The position numbers and the translations under genes are program-made. The notes beneath the pieces were generated by a model that was not told the origin of the DNA, made no database searches, and saw nothing but the letters and a program-made list of their open reading frames with translations. This document shows, piece by piece, positions 24,827 to 36,984 of a DNA stretch of 64,000 nt. The stretch is from assembly GCF_020745735.1 (NCBI RefSeq), contig NW_026867635.1, forward strand, positions 445,947 to 509,946. The letters are read 5' to 3'. The DNA is from Hemiscyllium ocellatum (taxonomy: Eukaryota). How positions within the stretch are numbered: the stretch's first letter is position 1; each line of letters opens with the position of its first letter.

Positions 24827-26930
24827 CCGCCAAGACCTTCCCCGCACCTCCACTGCTCGCCTTTGAACAACCACCAACCCCAAACAGACCATTGTTCACC
24901 GAAAACTGCCGAGCTTTCAGGACAACTCCATACAACCCTGTCACAGTAGGTGCTCCAAGACGAGACAGAGTGTGGACATGGATACCACCATTACACGTGG
25001 TGAGACCTCCCACCATGTACGGGGCAGGTACTTATACGACTCAGCCAACGATGTCGATCTCATGTGCTGCAGGTCAGGATGTCCTGAGGCATGGTATATT
25101 GGTGAAACCGAGTAGAGGGTATGGCAATGGATGAATGGGCACTGCACCACAATCAACAGACTGGAATGTTCCCTTCAGTTGGCGAACACTTGAGCAGTCC
25201 AGGAAATTTGACCTCGGACCTTCCGGTAAACAGCCCCCAAATCAGACTTCGGGACAGGCAGCAGAGAAAAGTGAGGCCTCAATCGGAACCTTGTCTTCAT
25301 TTCGCACTACAGGTGATCCCATTGCACTATTCACACACTCTAACACACACACACACACATATGCATGCACGCACGCAGAAACTCACACACATGTCGACAG
25401 ATACAGGCACTCCACAGCCTCATGTGCACCGTCTGCCAGACATAGACAAATTTACACTGAAACACACACATATATACACGCTCTCTCGCAGACACTCGCA
25501 AACACCCATCTCCCTCCACACACAAACTCACATGCACACATACGTATATTTATTTGTGGGGTGAATTTGGACTTGTAGAGTTAGATCGTACTTTGCTCAA
25601 AAACTGAATGAATCCATGTAAGGTTCTGTTAATTTATTTTTTAGATTAGAATCAATCTAAACATGATGGCACAGACAGCAGCACATAGTGGGCTAACAAG
25701 TTCAACACATTAACTGGGCTGACACCAATTGTTAAAGTTAACATGTGAATGTAATTTAAAAAAAAAAGCTTTGTGATTTACATATGAAAACGTGAAACTA
25801 ACATGGTAATTCTAACAGATGAGAGATTTAACCAAAAATCAAGGTATTTATAAATGTATAATTTCAGTTACGTCACACTGTAAACGTTTGCTATATATTC
25901 TGTGTCTTACAATCGTGTACTCCCCAACCACCTGACGATTAAACCTGTTGGAGTATAACCTGGTGTTGTTTGATTTTTAACTTTGTGCATTCCAGGCAGT
26001 TTAAATTTTAAAATCATTGCTGCCAAGATGTTTAATTCTGTCCGCAAGATGCAGGCAATCACAGTCATTTTTGTTTACCCAGCGAGTCTGCGATACATTG
26101 AATTTTCCGAGGAACAGAGGCAATCACATTGAATCAGAAATGAAAAGCAGAATCAAAGTGGTGAGTTTGCTCCTTACCCTGCCCGGTAAATTCGTTTTCC
26201 TCTGATCATCATTTTTTTAATCTCTTGACAATAATTTTTTTGAAAAATCTACTTCAAATTTGTTTTCAATGCTACTTTCCAAAAAGGCACAATGCTGTGG
26301 AATCTGAGTTGCTGGACAAACATATTTACCAATACAGGGACTGTCCAAGTTCACCGAGCAATTTAAGCAACTCATGTCGTAACATACCTAGATTTTAAAT
26401 GATTGACGTAATACCTAATTGTCATTATTGGTAAAATCAAGAAATTAACATGGAAGATAAATAGAAGTGCCAGCTAAGTGACTAGACGAATCAATTCAGT
26501 GAGAAACATACGGTAAAGCACATGCAAATCTGGTCGAAAGTATCGTGGAAGAAAGATTAAAGGTAGTCTCAACAAGCTGACACATCGAAATTGGGATAAG
26601 TCACTGAATTTCCTGAAGGTAGTAAAGACAACTCGGATCTCTCGCATAATTTACATCTCTAGTTGTCCGATTCCAGGTTCCGCAAATGTGACAAGATCGG
26701 AAGATTTCCGTTCTTCCACACACAAGGGGCTGTCGATGTAGAGTCCACCTTGTGACGACAATTAATGTAATAGAAATAGAAAACAGTGACATAAATTTAT
26801 TGCCACGTGTACTTTTACTTTGAAAAAATATACAGTGATCCGTTTTGTACTTTGCTGTATCATGGTGCCTATGTTGTTGAAAAATGCAAACATACTAATT
26901 TTAAATAAATAAAGGAAGACGAAGTTAATC
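24148..26930 (+). pseudogene. Multi-Ig-domain unit with TM, split by a Penelope element (unit 5)
   Basis: QDAGNHSH before donor 26160|gtgagt; NLSC..MEDK*KC; TC(fs)KVSWKKD..LSDSRFRKC; TM-like VIRFVLCCIMVPMLLKNANILI at about 26835. Confidence 0.4.
24303..25990 (+). mobile_element. Penelope-like element, GIY-YIG remnant between long inverted repeats
   Basis: 24330-24820 is inverted relative to about 25530-25985; internal ANDV.LMCC..CPEAWYIGET; (GT)n/(CA)n tracts; hammerhead core on minus strand at about 24395-24425. Confidence 0.85.
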
Positions 26931-26949
26931 ATAGTTCAGTTGATGGCCC

Positions 26950-29900
26950 GTGGGCATGACGAAAACCAATTCAGGAACGATGGATTACATGAAAGAACAG
27001 CCAGGATTAAATCACCAATCCGGGCAAGAAATCCAAGGCCGCAAAGGAGCCTTACACATCAGTCAGAGGTTTATCTGCAGTTCCACACACGTCATCTGCC
27101 GTATCCGCTGCTCCCGATGTGATCTCCTCTATTTTGGGAAACAGGCCACCTCCTTGCAAAATACTTCAGGTAACATCTCTGGGATACAATCATTAAAAAT
27201 CCTCACTATCCAACCTACTCCGCCAAGGACATGCAGGCTCTCGGTCTCTCAGTTAATTGTAATCTTACAGTGAAGCCTCGTCCAAGGATGCCTTACTTGA
27301 AGAAGTTCGCTTTCTCCTTCTCCGAGTATTCTCTTTCTCACTTCACCCATCCCCGATCATCTCCTCGTCAGCCATGTTCTGAAAGAGATTCGCTACCACA
27401 GCCACATCGCCTTCCTCAGCCCCTGCCTATGGGATCGACTGCACTCACATAGACTGCAGAGGACATTCAGACCTCCACAATTTGGACCTGAACAAGACAA
27501 CCACTACCAACAAAAAAAATTCTGCCTTTCGAAATGTTTCTCCTTCTGGATCCTTCACTCCTCAATCGCAGCCATGCACTGCCAGTTTCCAGTCCCTACA
27601 GTCAGCCTTTCCCCAGCTCAGGGCCGCACTCGACCAGGCCTGCAAAGTGTATCTGCTATTCTTTATCCTTATAAGAATTCGCAAACTAAAGAAACACTTT
27701 TTCTGAATCATACCTGACATCTCAAACTGTGCATGCAGCAAACTTCCTTGTACCTACCTCGGTTCTCAGGATTTTTCAACTCTTCCAGAAGCTTCTCCTG
27801 GACTCTGGAAATGCTGCAATACACCTCCCATCAACAAATCAGCACCTCTCAGACCATGCACAACCTCATCACCTCAGGGATCTCCAACCTCATAGACTGT
27901 GGACTCCGCACAGCAGGGTTCCATCTCCTACTCATAATCCACAAACCTGACTGGCCTGATCGACCTATCGTTTCCGCATGCTAGTTGCCACCACACAAAC
28001 ATCCACAAACCTTGAAACTGTCCAAACCCCTCCTTCCATGAATTCTCCACTTATGTTTGGTACACCACTCACACCCTCTACCTCTTGCATGATTCACTGG
28101 CCACCAACACCTCATCTTCAGAATGGGCATCTCGGCCCTAATAAAATACATCCGCCTGGACGAAAGTTTCCAAACTCTCAATTTCTTCTTCTTCCGATGT
28201 CCCCACCAATACCCTTCCACAGTCAGTCACATTTGTGTGGTGGAACTGATCGTCACCCTCAATAATTTCTTCTATGATTCGCCCCACTTCCTCGAGACCA
28301 ATTGATTTTTTTGTGAGCAGATGCAGCAGTCAGAGGAGTTGAGAATAAGGGATAGCGTTTTTACAGGAAGCCGGTGAGAGGAGGTGTAGCTTTGGTAGCT
28401 GTTGGAGTCAGCGGGATTTTAATCGATGTCTATGTTGAGTTGGTCACCATTAATGACCATGGAGAGTTCCAGAGAGTGGAGGGACAGTACGAGATTGTAA
28501 AGTTGAACTTGAGTTCGGGGTGGATGGTATTTGTCAAGCTGATGAACTGTTCATCCTCCTGTTGGCAGCACGAGGTAGCGCCGATACTGTCATCAGCGCA
28601 GTGGAGGGACAGTCAGGGAATGGTATCAGTGCAGCTGCACAAGTTGGACTGTTCCACGCATGCGATGAAGATACAAGCATAGATGGAGCCCATGCTGCGC
28701 CATGGCTAACAATTCCCGCCCTCGAAATCCACGCATCGAACTCATGTTCCTTGTACTTTGAGGCAACATGGTAGCCCAGTGGTTAGAATTACTGCCTCAA
28801 AGTACAAGGAACATGAGTTCGATTCCAGCTTCGTGAGACAGTCTGTGTCGAGGTTATACATTCTCTCCGTGTCTGCATGTGTCACCCCGGGGTGCACTGA
28901 TTACATCCCACTTTCCAAAGATGCGCAGGTCAAGTGAAATGGCCATGATAAATTGCTCATAGCATAAGGTGCATGAGTCAAAGAGTAACGCGTCAGAGGG
29001 TCGACGAGAAATTGCCTGTTTCCACCATGTAGGGAATCTTATCTAATCAACCGAAGCAAGCACAGAGCCCCCTGGTCCTTACCTTTCACTCCAAAAAACT
29101 CCAGATACATTGCATGATCCTCCGCCATTTTTACCACTGAAAAACCCACTCCACACGCAGGGATATATTTAACTCCCAACCCGCATCTGCATTCCATCAT
29201 GGACATTCCCTCTGTGAGTCCCTTGTTAGGTCCACTTGACCCCCCCAAACAACCCCCCCCTCCTGGCACCTTTCCCTGACCCAAAAGAATTGCGAAAACT
29301 GCTCCCACATCTCAACTCTTACCTCTGTACAAGACCCCAAATGAGCCTTCCACATCCATCAAAGATTGTCCTGTACGTTCACATATGATCCACTGTAGGC
29401 ATTGACCCAGATGTGGTGTCCTCGACACTGCGGATATCGGACGCTTACATGCGGAATTCATTGGACAGCATCTCTGCGACACACGCTCAAAATATCCCTA
29501 CTATGCTGTGTCTGAACATTTTAACCCCTCCTCCCACTCTAACAAGAACATGCAGTTCCTGGGCCTCCTCCACAGCCAAACACTCACGTCCCATTACCTG
29601 GAGGAATTTTTACTCATTGTGACCCTCCAAACAAACGCGATCAACTTGAATTCCACTCGTTTCCTCATTTCCCTCCCCTCCAACTAATCCCAGATCCAAC
29701 TTTCCAACTCAGCACTGCTCTCTTGACCTGACCTACCTGCCCATTTTTGTTCCCACCAATCTGACTCACCATCCTCTCTGACCAATCGTCTTTCCCCCCA
29801 ACTCAATTCACCTATCACATTCTTAGCTACATTCCCCTACTCCCCAATCCCACTCATTTATCTCTCAGTCCCCTTGGGCCGACCCCTCATTCCTCATGAA

Positions 29901-30003
29901 GGGCTAATGCCCAAAAACGGGATTCTCCTGCTCCTCGGAAGATGCTGACCTGTTGTCCTTTTCCAGGTCAGATGTCCAGCATTTGTATTGCTCCCTTTCT
30001 CCC
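26950..30003. mobile_element. Cluster of Penelope fragments (RT and GIY-YIG) in both orientations plus a SINE at 28765-29045
   Basis: HISQRFICSSTHVICRIRCSRCDLLYFG, IHKPDWPDRPIVSAC, ELIVTLNNFFYDS. Confidence 0.85.
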
Positions 30004-30372
30004 GTGTTAGAATGATACTGCCATGTTGGGGTGGAAGGGTTAGCTGAATGATACCGTCATGCCAGATGAATAAGCCAATACGAGAAAGTCTGCCGAGATT
30101 CTAGTATCGACAGTAAACTAGACCTTCGTAAGAGCTAACCAGCAGGCGAACAACTGAAACAATAGTGGATCACCACACTGAAATGCTGGAATCCCTCTCG
30201 TGGCTGAGCTGAAAAGGGCTCATTTCTGGAGTCTGCCATTGAGGTCTCATTTCCAAAACTCCAGCACCAAGTCCTGAAAGGGAAAAAAAATGACAACATT
30301 AAAGACTGACAGCAAGTTTCTTCCCTTGACATTTGAATACAGAGTTCATCGCTTTTTCTGCACCTATTTCAG

Positions 30373-31890
30373 GGTTCTCTGGCCAATTCCCAAAGAAATG
30401 TTCAGCACTGAGCCTGTGAAGACCTGCAACCCACGTCTTAGATTGTTGACCCCATTGTTCCACTCTGCACCTTCAACTCAAAACTAAATTCCTCATTTAC
30501 TTTGTTCGAACATCTCGACCGAAATTTCTAATATACCTCCATCTGTCTTGCATATAATAAGGTGAGGAGGTTTCATTTCAGATGTCCGTGATATCAGTGT
30601 TAATGTTGACAGTACTGTATGGTCTCCATCAAAACTTCGCTCTTAACCTGCCCTTATCTAGTTAAAAGTATCTCCATGATTTGAACCGTTCATAACAATG
30701 GAACCCCATTCAACCTCGATAACCTTTCCTTTCTATACCGTCATCTCTAATAGATACAGCAGTCCTGAGCTCGATAACATCTTCCAGCCTTAATATGTTC
30801 CGTTGTTTTTATAATCTCTTACAGTTGCAACAGCCTTTTATGAATTATGTCAGATGTGGCATCCTTCCAGACTCATGGCAGTAGCAAAATCAAATTTGGG
30901 AAAGTACACGACCCATGGCATCGGTGTCAGTGGCGAGTCCAGCGATGTCTCATGCCAGCGAAGGCATCCGTTGTGGCAAGATGGAGTCGAGGATTGGCAA
31001 TTTCCATACCACCTGCGGTGATGCGCTCCAGGCTCATTGCTCATAGCAGAGAACTTAATAAAAGGGACAGTAAAGTTCCCAACATTTTTCTTTATTTCTT
31101 TATTTTTCCACCTGAATATTATCTGCGTTGGTTTGTTTTTCTGTGTTTTAGGGTGGCACCAGAAAATGGCCACACTATTGAATGCATTTCAATGCATTCT
31201 GCATTAACTTACCCGTGACATCATATGAATCTAATCAAACTACATTAGCAATATGTTATTCAAAGCAAACTTAAAGTATTCTGCAGCTTGCCTTGCAATT
31301 CACAGTTTTTCATTTATCTGTAATATTCCCCAGCCTCAGGGAGTTGTCTATTTTTTTTATTAAATGTCGAATTTTAGAGCTTTCAGGCACTCAGGAAGCT
31401 AACAAACTAGTCTTAATTTAATTCAGTGATCATTAATTACTTAAAGATCTCTTTATAATAACTGATTAATTTAAAGTTAGAGTATTGCTCATAGAGATGT
31501 TCTAAATCTAACAATATGTGCCTCCATTTCCTTTGATAAAAGAGTGATCTGTGGGATTTCAAGCAGGCTCAGAAGACAACCTTGTGTTTAGCGATATAAT
31601 TGTAACGTGGAGAGAGTTCAGTTCATGGTCGACATTTTCAAGGTTGAATAAGACACCTATGCTTTATTGCCAGTTTGGGCGCCTTCGTTAAGAAAATGTA
31701 ATAGCAGCTCTGCCTTGTAACTGTATATGTTATAAAGAGCAATTGACTAAAGGAAATCTGTGACATAGGGATAACCTTCATGTTTGCAGTTGTTTACTGT
31801 ATTAGACTTTAATACGATTTGTATGGATCATTATTTCCTGAAGTTTTCTTTTGTGTTTGAGGTGTAAAGGCGAAAATGCTTGAACAAGCA
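30373..31890 (+). pseudogene. V, C and TM remnants, TCR-gamma-like (unit 6)
   Basis: V 30373-30660 in one frame: HVLDC..RPKFLIY..SVLMLTVL; C about 31540-31770: KTTLCLA(fs)DIIVTW..DTY; TM from 31790: VYCIRL*YDLYGSLF. Confidence 0.45.
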
Positions 31891-32809
31891 TTCAGCCCAG
31901 CTGAAGAAAATAGTCAGCAATGAGTGTATGCTCGTTTCAATGGAGCATCGCCAATTAACTGAGGAATGAAGAATAATCTGAAAGACATCAACAGTCGAGT
32001 TCTACTGGCGTATGCCTCCACTTTCCAGGCAAATATAGATCTTTAATTGCGTCTGTAACCCAATTAGAACTCAATCTCACGTATTCGAGATTCATGTAAT
32101 GCACCAATTGACTAGGCTGTACGTTTATGGCTTCGAAAGTATTAAAAGCAACTGCTTTCATTAAGTAAGACACTTGTGTGAAGGTTTGAAGTTATGTTCA
32201 AGAACTCGGAACAAGACGAACAAACTCAGTAGATGCCTGTGTCCTGAAGCTGAATCAGAAAGCAACAGCTTTGGTAAATCTCTCAGGTTACTGCACTGCC
32301 TCAAATGTATTATAATGTATTAAAGTGCCCTGAGTTATTTTAAAACAGTACGTCATTTGCCTTATTGGTTACAGTCTCAAAGGTCAACTATTTTTAGAAT
32401 TTGCGTTGTCACACATGCAAACTTTTAACTGTCTAACTTGGTACTCTTCATCAGCTTTAATTCTTCCATATTTCCGACATTCTCACTGGCCCCAGAAAAC
32501 TTCATACCTTTGTCGCTTTCCGCAATATTACTCCTTCTCTGTATCGACATTCATCTTCAGGCTCACAATCGTCCAGAAATCGTCAGTAGTTTGAACAGAG
32601 CTACAGTTTTCACCTCTTACAGATCTAAAATTCAGAGTGTGTTCGCCTCTTAATTCAGATGATTACAGATGCTGTAGTTAAACTTTTGAAATACACTTTG
32701 TCAGATAACTTTGTGCCCCCATTTACATAGCTACAAGATTACTCATATACGCACTGCATCAATTTATCCAACTGCTACATTAGATTTATTAGCTGCAAAA
32801 AATCATTTG

Positions 32810-33065
32810 CATTCAACATCATGTCACATACAGAATAGACATCAACATAGGAAATGGTGTCATCACGGGAAATGACATCAACAATCCAAAAAACTCAAGC
32901 ATATAAATAACTCAAGCGGGCTACACCAGCAGTGCTTCATTCGGAGGCTCACTGAAGATGTTACCTAGTATGGTGATGAAATGTCTGACAACGAACCTTC
33001 CAGTTCCGCGAGCAAACTTATGTCCAGAACCTTAACGTGAGCTACAAATCTTTTCAAAACTCGTT
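32810..33065 (+). mobile_element. Penelope terminal repeat with hammerhead core
   Basis: CTGAAGA TGTTACC TAGTAT GGTGAT GAAATGTC at 32952-32986; same family as 22520-22760 (opposite strand). Confidence 0.8.
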
Positions 33066-33360
33066 AAGGGAAACTTCATATTTTCAAGATCATCTGTTTG
33101 TTCTTGACGTAATTGAACAAGTGACTCCCCCATGGATCCCCTTCGGACTGTAAATGCTCGAATTCATTGGGCTGCATTAAGGGAAGTAAAACAATCGTTT
33201 GTTCAGTGACTAATTAATGTAAGTCCCTATTGATTATATTTGTGTCACTGGGGCGGGGATAGCGTGATCTTGTATTTATAAGTGACTCCTTGCAAAAACG
33301 TATTCAATAGTGTCAGAGTGAGCAAGACCTTGGACACCGACAGAGGTAAATGGGTACAGG

Positions 33361-33570
33361 ATTAGTGGTACTGGAAGAGCACAGCAGTTCAGGAAGCATC
33401 CGAGAAGCAGCAAAATCGACGTTTCGGGCAAAAGTCCGTCATCAAGAATGAAGGTCTTTTGCCTGAAACGTCGATCTTACTGAACCTCGGATGCTGCCTG
33501 AACTGCTGTGCTCTTCCAGCACCACTAATCCAGAAATTGGTTTCCATCATCTGCAGTCATTGTTTTTACC
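33361..33570. mobile_element. Palindromic Penelope-end derivative inserted in a C exon
   Basis: About 80-bp inverted arms; TSD TAA(A/G)TGGGTACAGG at 33347-33360 and 33571-33584. Confidence 0.85.
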
Positions 33571-33714
33571 TAAGTGGGTACAGGCACAGACAGAGATGCA
33601 CAGAAAGAATAAAAGCTGAGAATCAATATTTCGAAACCTTACAGAAATTCTCTTGAATCCAAAATCGCCCACTGAAATTAAACAAGAGTGGTTGATAATA
33701 TGCGAACAACAGAT

Positions 33715-34560
33715 TGGAATGGTACAACAATGCATAGTCAATGGTACAAGAAGGCAACAAGGTTGTGAGAATACTAGCGTGGAACATATCGTCAAGTGCT
33801 CCGAATCTTGGATCATAAAAATGGAATGAGACACAATTAAGAGAGATGTATCCTGGACTGTTCACATTCGTTCTGTATTTGACAAACAGATGTCAATAGC
33901 ATGGCGAATCCAATGAATACATTATATTGTTCAACATTTCTACTATCCTACTCTTTTAATTGTTCGTGTTCCTCGTGGTAACAATACTTGATTTTTGAAA
34001 AATGCTGAACATACTTTTCTGGATTATTATTCAGTCCAACATTACAGATGCGATTGGAGCTCCTGAAGAGATTCCATTTGCAGGTACAACTTTAGAGTCC
34101 ACTGATAACTGTATTCGTGTTCTTATTAACTAAATTTCTTCCTTTCATCTGCTTCTGGTAGTATTCGTAGTAAGTGTCAGCGTTCGAGTCATATATTTGT
34201 CACCGTCAATATTCCCCGTTGTTGATTTTCAAACTTCGGTGCTGGTAACTCCAAATCATTGTCTTCAACATTGAAAAATTACTTTGTTCCACTGCTCATT
34301 CACTCTTCTCCAATATCGGTAAATTCTGAGTTTGAACGATATTATCTACATCGTTAAGAATAACTCTAATCCAGACACAAGTTCATCTTCCTACCACACG
34401 CATCAATGCTTCTGTGTGCCATCAGAGTCAAACAGCTGGACTTCTGTAGGCCCATGTGTTCCGTTCTGACGTTCAGACTTCAGAATTCTCAGCTGGACTC
34501 TTTTACAATAAGTGAAACATTGGGAAATATGGTAAAACAAACTTCCAAAACGTGACTGCT
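33715..34560 (+). pseudogene. V-like, J-like and possible C remnants (unit 8)
   Basis: MVQEGNKVVRI, SW, FTFVLYLT..ESNEY; J-like NFGAGN at about 34232 downstream of nonamer-like TATATTTGT 34192; SMLLC. Confidence 0.35.
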
Positions 34561-35402
34561 CGTGCCATTGACTCCAATTCTTTTCAGCTGACACGTTGTA
34601 CAAACTAAACTACATTAGTTCCTCGTTTGGTTCTTTCTTTATGTTTCATTCTTTTATTTAGACCCAGATGTGGCCTCACCCATTCAATGTTCCCGTTCAC
34701 TTGTTTTTTTTTTTGCTGACTGCTTATCTATTATTGCTGTTGAACTTTAAAAAAAAGTTCACCTTCGAGGAAGCTGAAAACTGAAATAGTATACCTCTGA
34801 CAATTCTAAGTGCACTAGAATGTCAGATTTAAAAAAAACGAAGAGCAGTTAAGTGTTACTAAATCATTTTACACTTTTCCCATCAATTTCCTTCTATCAT
34901 GACAATCTGATGCTCCACCAATCCATATTGAGGAAGTTGTGTGAGGACAAATGTATACCATTCTAATTCAAATTGTCTTCTTGAAGAAAAGGGCGAACTG
35001 AATGTATCTGCAGGATGTCATATAAAGCGGGACACTGTAATTTCAATTTTCATCCAATGCAATGTTTTAAAGTATTTCTCCGCTGTGTTTTCCCATCATC
35101 AGCTCTTTATGAACCAAAACCTTCACAGTCATGCGAGCTTTACGTTGTCAGACCATAGTCTTGAGTTTCAAGTGCTGTAAGTACGATTGAAACGTTGTAA
35201 CACGATTAGGAATGTTTCTGTGTCCAGAGTAGAAACACTGATATGTCAGAGTCAGAACAGCTTATGCAGCAGAACAAATGCAAAATCAGTCTTGTCCCAA
35301 CCAGAGTGCTTCGTTTTTCTGTCCAGCTTTGTATTTACCCGTAAGTGCCTTAAATATTAATGACTTATAGTCACAATCAACAAACTCCTTCTCCATATAT
35401 AG

Positions 35403-36360
35403 GACTGCCTGCAATTGTTTCTTGAAATTTGGAATAGCACAGACCACTCCATTGCATCACTCCCGACGTGCTCACTGAAAAACCAAGATAGCCAGGCACA
35501 ATTTAAAAACCTCAGATCGTATAAGTCTCTCTCACGTTGCGCATCCCACTTGATTCTGTGGAGTTTTAAACATGGTGAAACTGCATGAGACATCCATTAG
35601 TTCTCCCAGTAGTGTCGGCTCGTCATCGTGACTCAACCCAACTGCCATAACAGAGATTTGTTGCAGAATGTACACGCCACGTCACTTCAGTTAAGCGCAG
35701 TTAAACAGAATAAAAGACAACCCGACCTGTAACATAGTGATTGGTAAATCTTCCTTTTGCTGTGCAACTTTTAGCATTTTCTGGAGCGTTCAACGTGTAC
35801 ATATCATCTTTATCCTGAGGACACCAGAATCGCCAATAGGCATCTTGAAACAACAATAATGTGATGGGGTTGGTTACATTCCAGTTGGATCAACAGGGAT
35901 TCGATTATGAAAAATGTCAGTTAAGCATCCTGTTTGAAATAGAGAAAATGTCGCTAAATCCCTATCATGGCGGAAATTAGCTCTCTTCAAAACATATCAT
36001 GCAAATATCCTAGATCTTAACTTTTATTTTATGAAAAGACAAACCTTATGCAGTGTATTCCAGTTGTGATTTGAATTGTCACACTTGTAGGTTTAAAGCT
36101 AAACTCCCTCTATTCCTACACTACAGTTAAACAACAAGCACAGAAAGAAGAGTTAGACTCATTTGAACTTAAGTGACATACCTAACAAAATAACTCGTAT
36201 ATCAATAAACGCTCAACAACTGTTATACTGCATCAACATCCCATAAACAAACAATTGACAACATTTATTTCAGCAAAACAGATTTCCATCTCTTACCATC
36301 TTCTCTTGTCCATGGTAAAGGAAAACACAGAAGCATAAATTTAACGAAAGAGTAGGGGGA

Positions 36361-36411
<51 letters not shown>

Positions 36412-36905
36412 CAGAGAGAGATTGCCTTTTCTGACTTGCCCACTATAGAGTTTTTACAGGGAACTGAGTTTAATAAAAAGCTGATATGTTGCACAGTTGA
36501 AGAATATACCTGCCGTTTCAGATGCCTTCAAGCAGATTAGCACCATACTGCACCTCCATCGATTATAATGATCATAATTCGAGCCAGGCTAATGAATTAT
36601 GTTCCTTCAGCACAGCTTGTAGATTAGCCGCAATGCTGCCTCTGTACTTTCATGGTTCAGGAAATGAACATTGAAGAAGAGGGAGGCAGTGACAACTAAA
36701 TGGCTCATTGTGACTGAATGGTGCCTAATGTTGGAGTTCCACATTCTGAAGAAAATCGAGATTATCAACGTGTTTCTCCGATGCATGTTATATTTACGAG
36801 GGATAGAACGACAGATTCAGAAAAATCTCCTTCCACAGAACTTTACAAAACTGTGATCTGCAATCTCTGGCACCAAACAGGTTCAGAACAGTCATTCAAC
36901 ACGGT
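35403..36905 (+). pseudogene. Two possible C1 exons flanking a solo LTR (unit 9)
   Basis: ASLPTCSL...ICC..VHATSL (35403-35728); EAVTTKWLIV...KTVICNLWH (36660-36905). Confidence 0.3.
36040..36650 (-). mobile_element. Probable solo LTR containing a (GA)n microsatellite
   Basis: Related to 5782-7335; (GA)n at 36359-36420; family and strand inferred. Confidence 0.45.
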
Positions 36906-36984
36906 TTGAATCGAGGAAGTCATGAATTGTTGTGTTTGATTGTTTGTAGCACAAAGAACAAAGAACAATACACTTGATTTCCCT

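Larger units (their letters stand above)
32232..33655 (+). pseudogene. Leader-V and single C exon, light-chain-like (unit 7)
   Basis: Donor near 32274, acceptor 32348; VTVSK..RIC, CLTWY, STFIFRLTIV; C from 33121: KTIVCSVTN, HW, KTYSIVS, GYRH; no TM seen. Confidence 0.5.

Noticed and set aside
30135-30275. Strong minus-strand splice acceptor
   Set aside because: All frames stop soon after it and no partner exons were found
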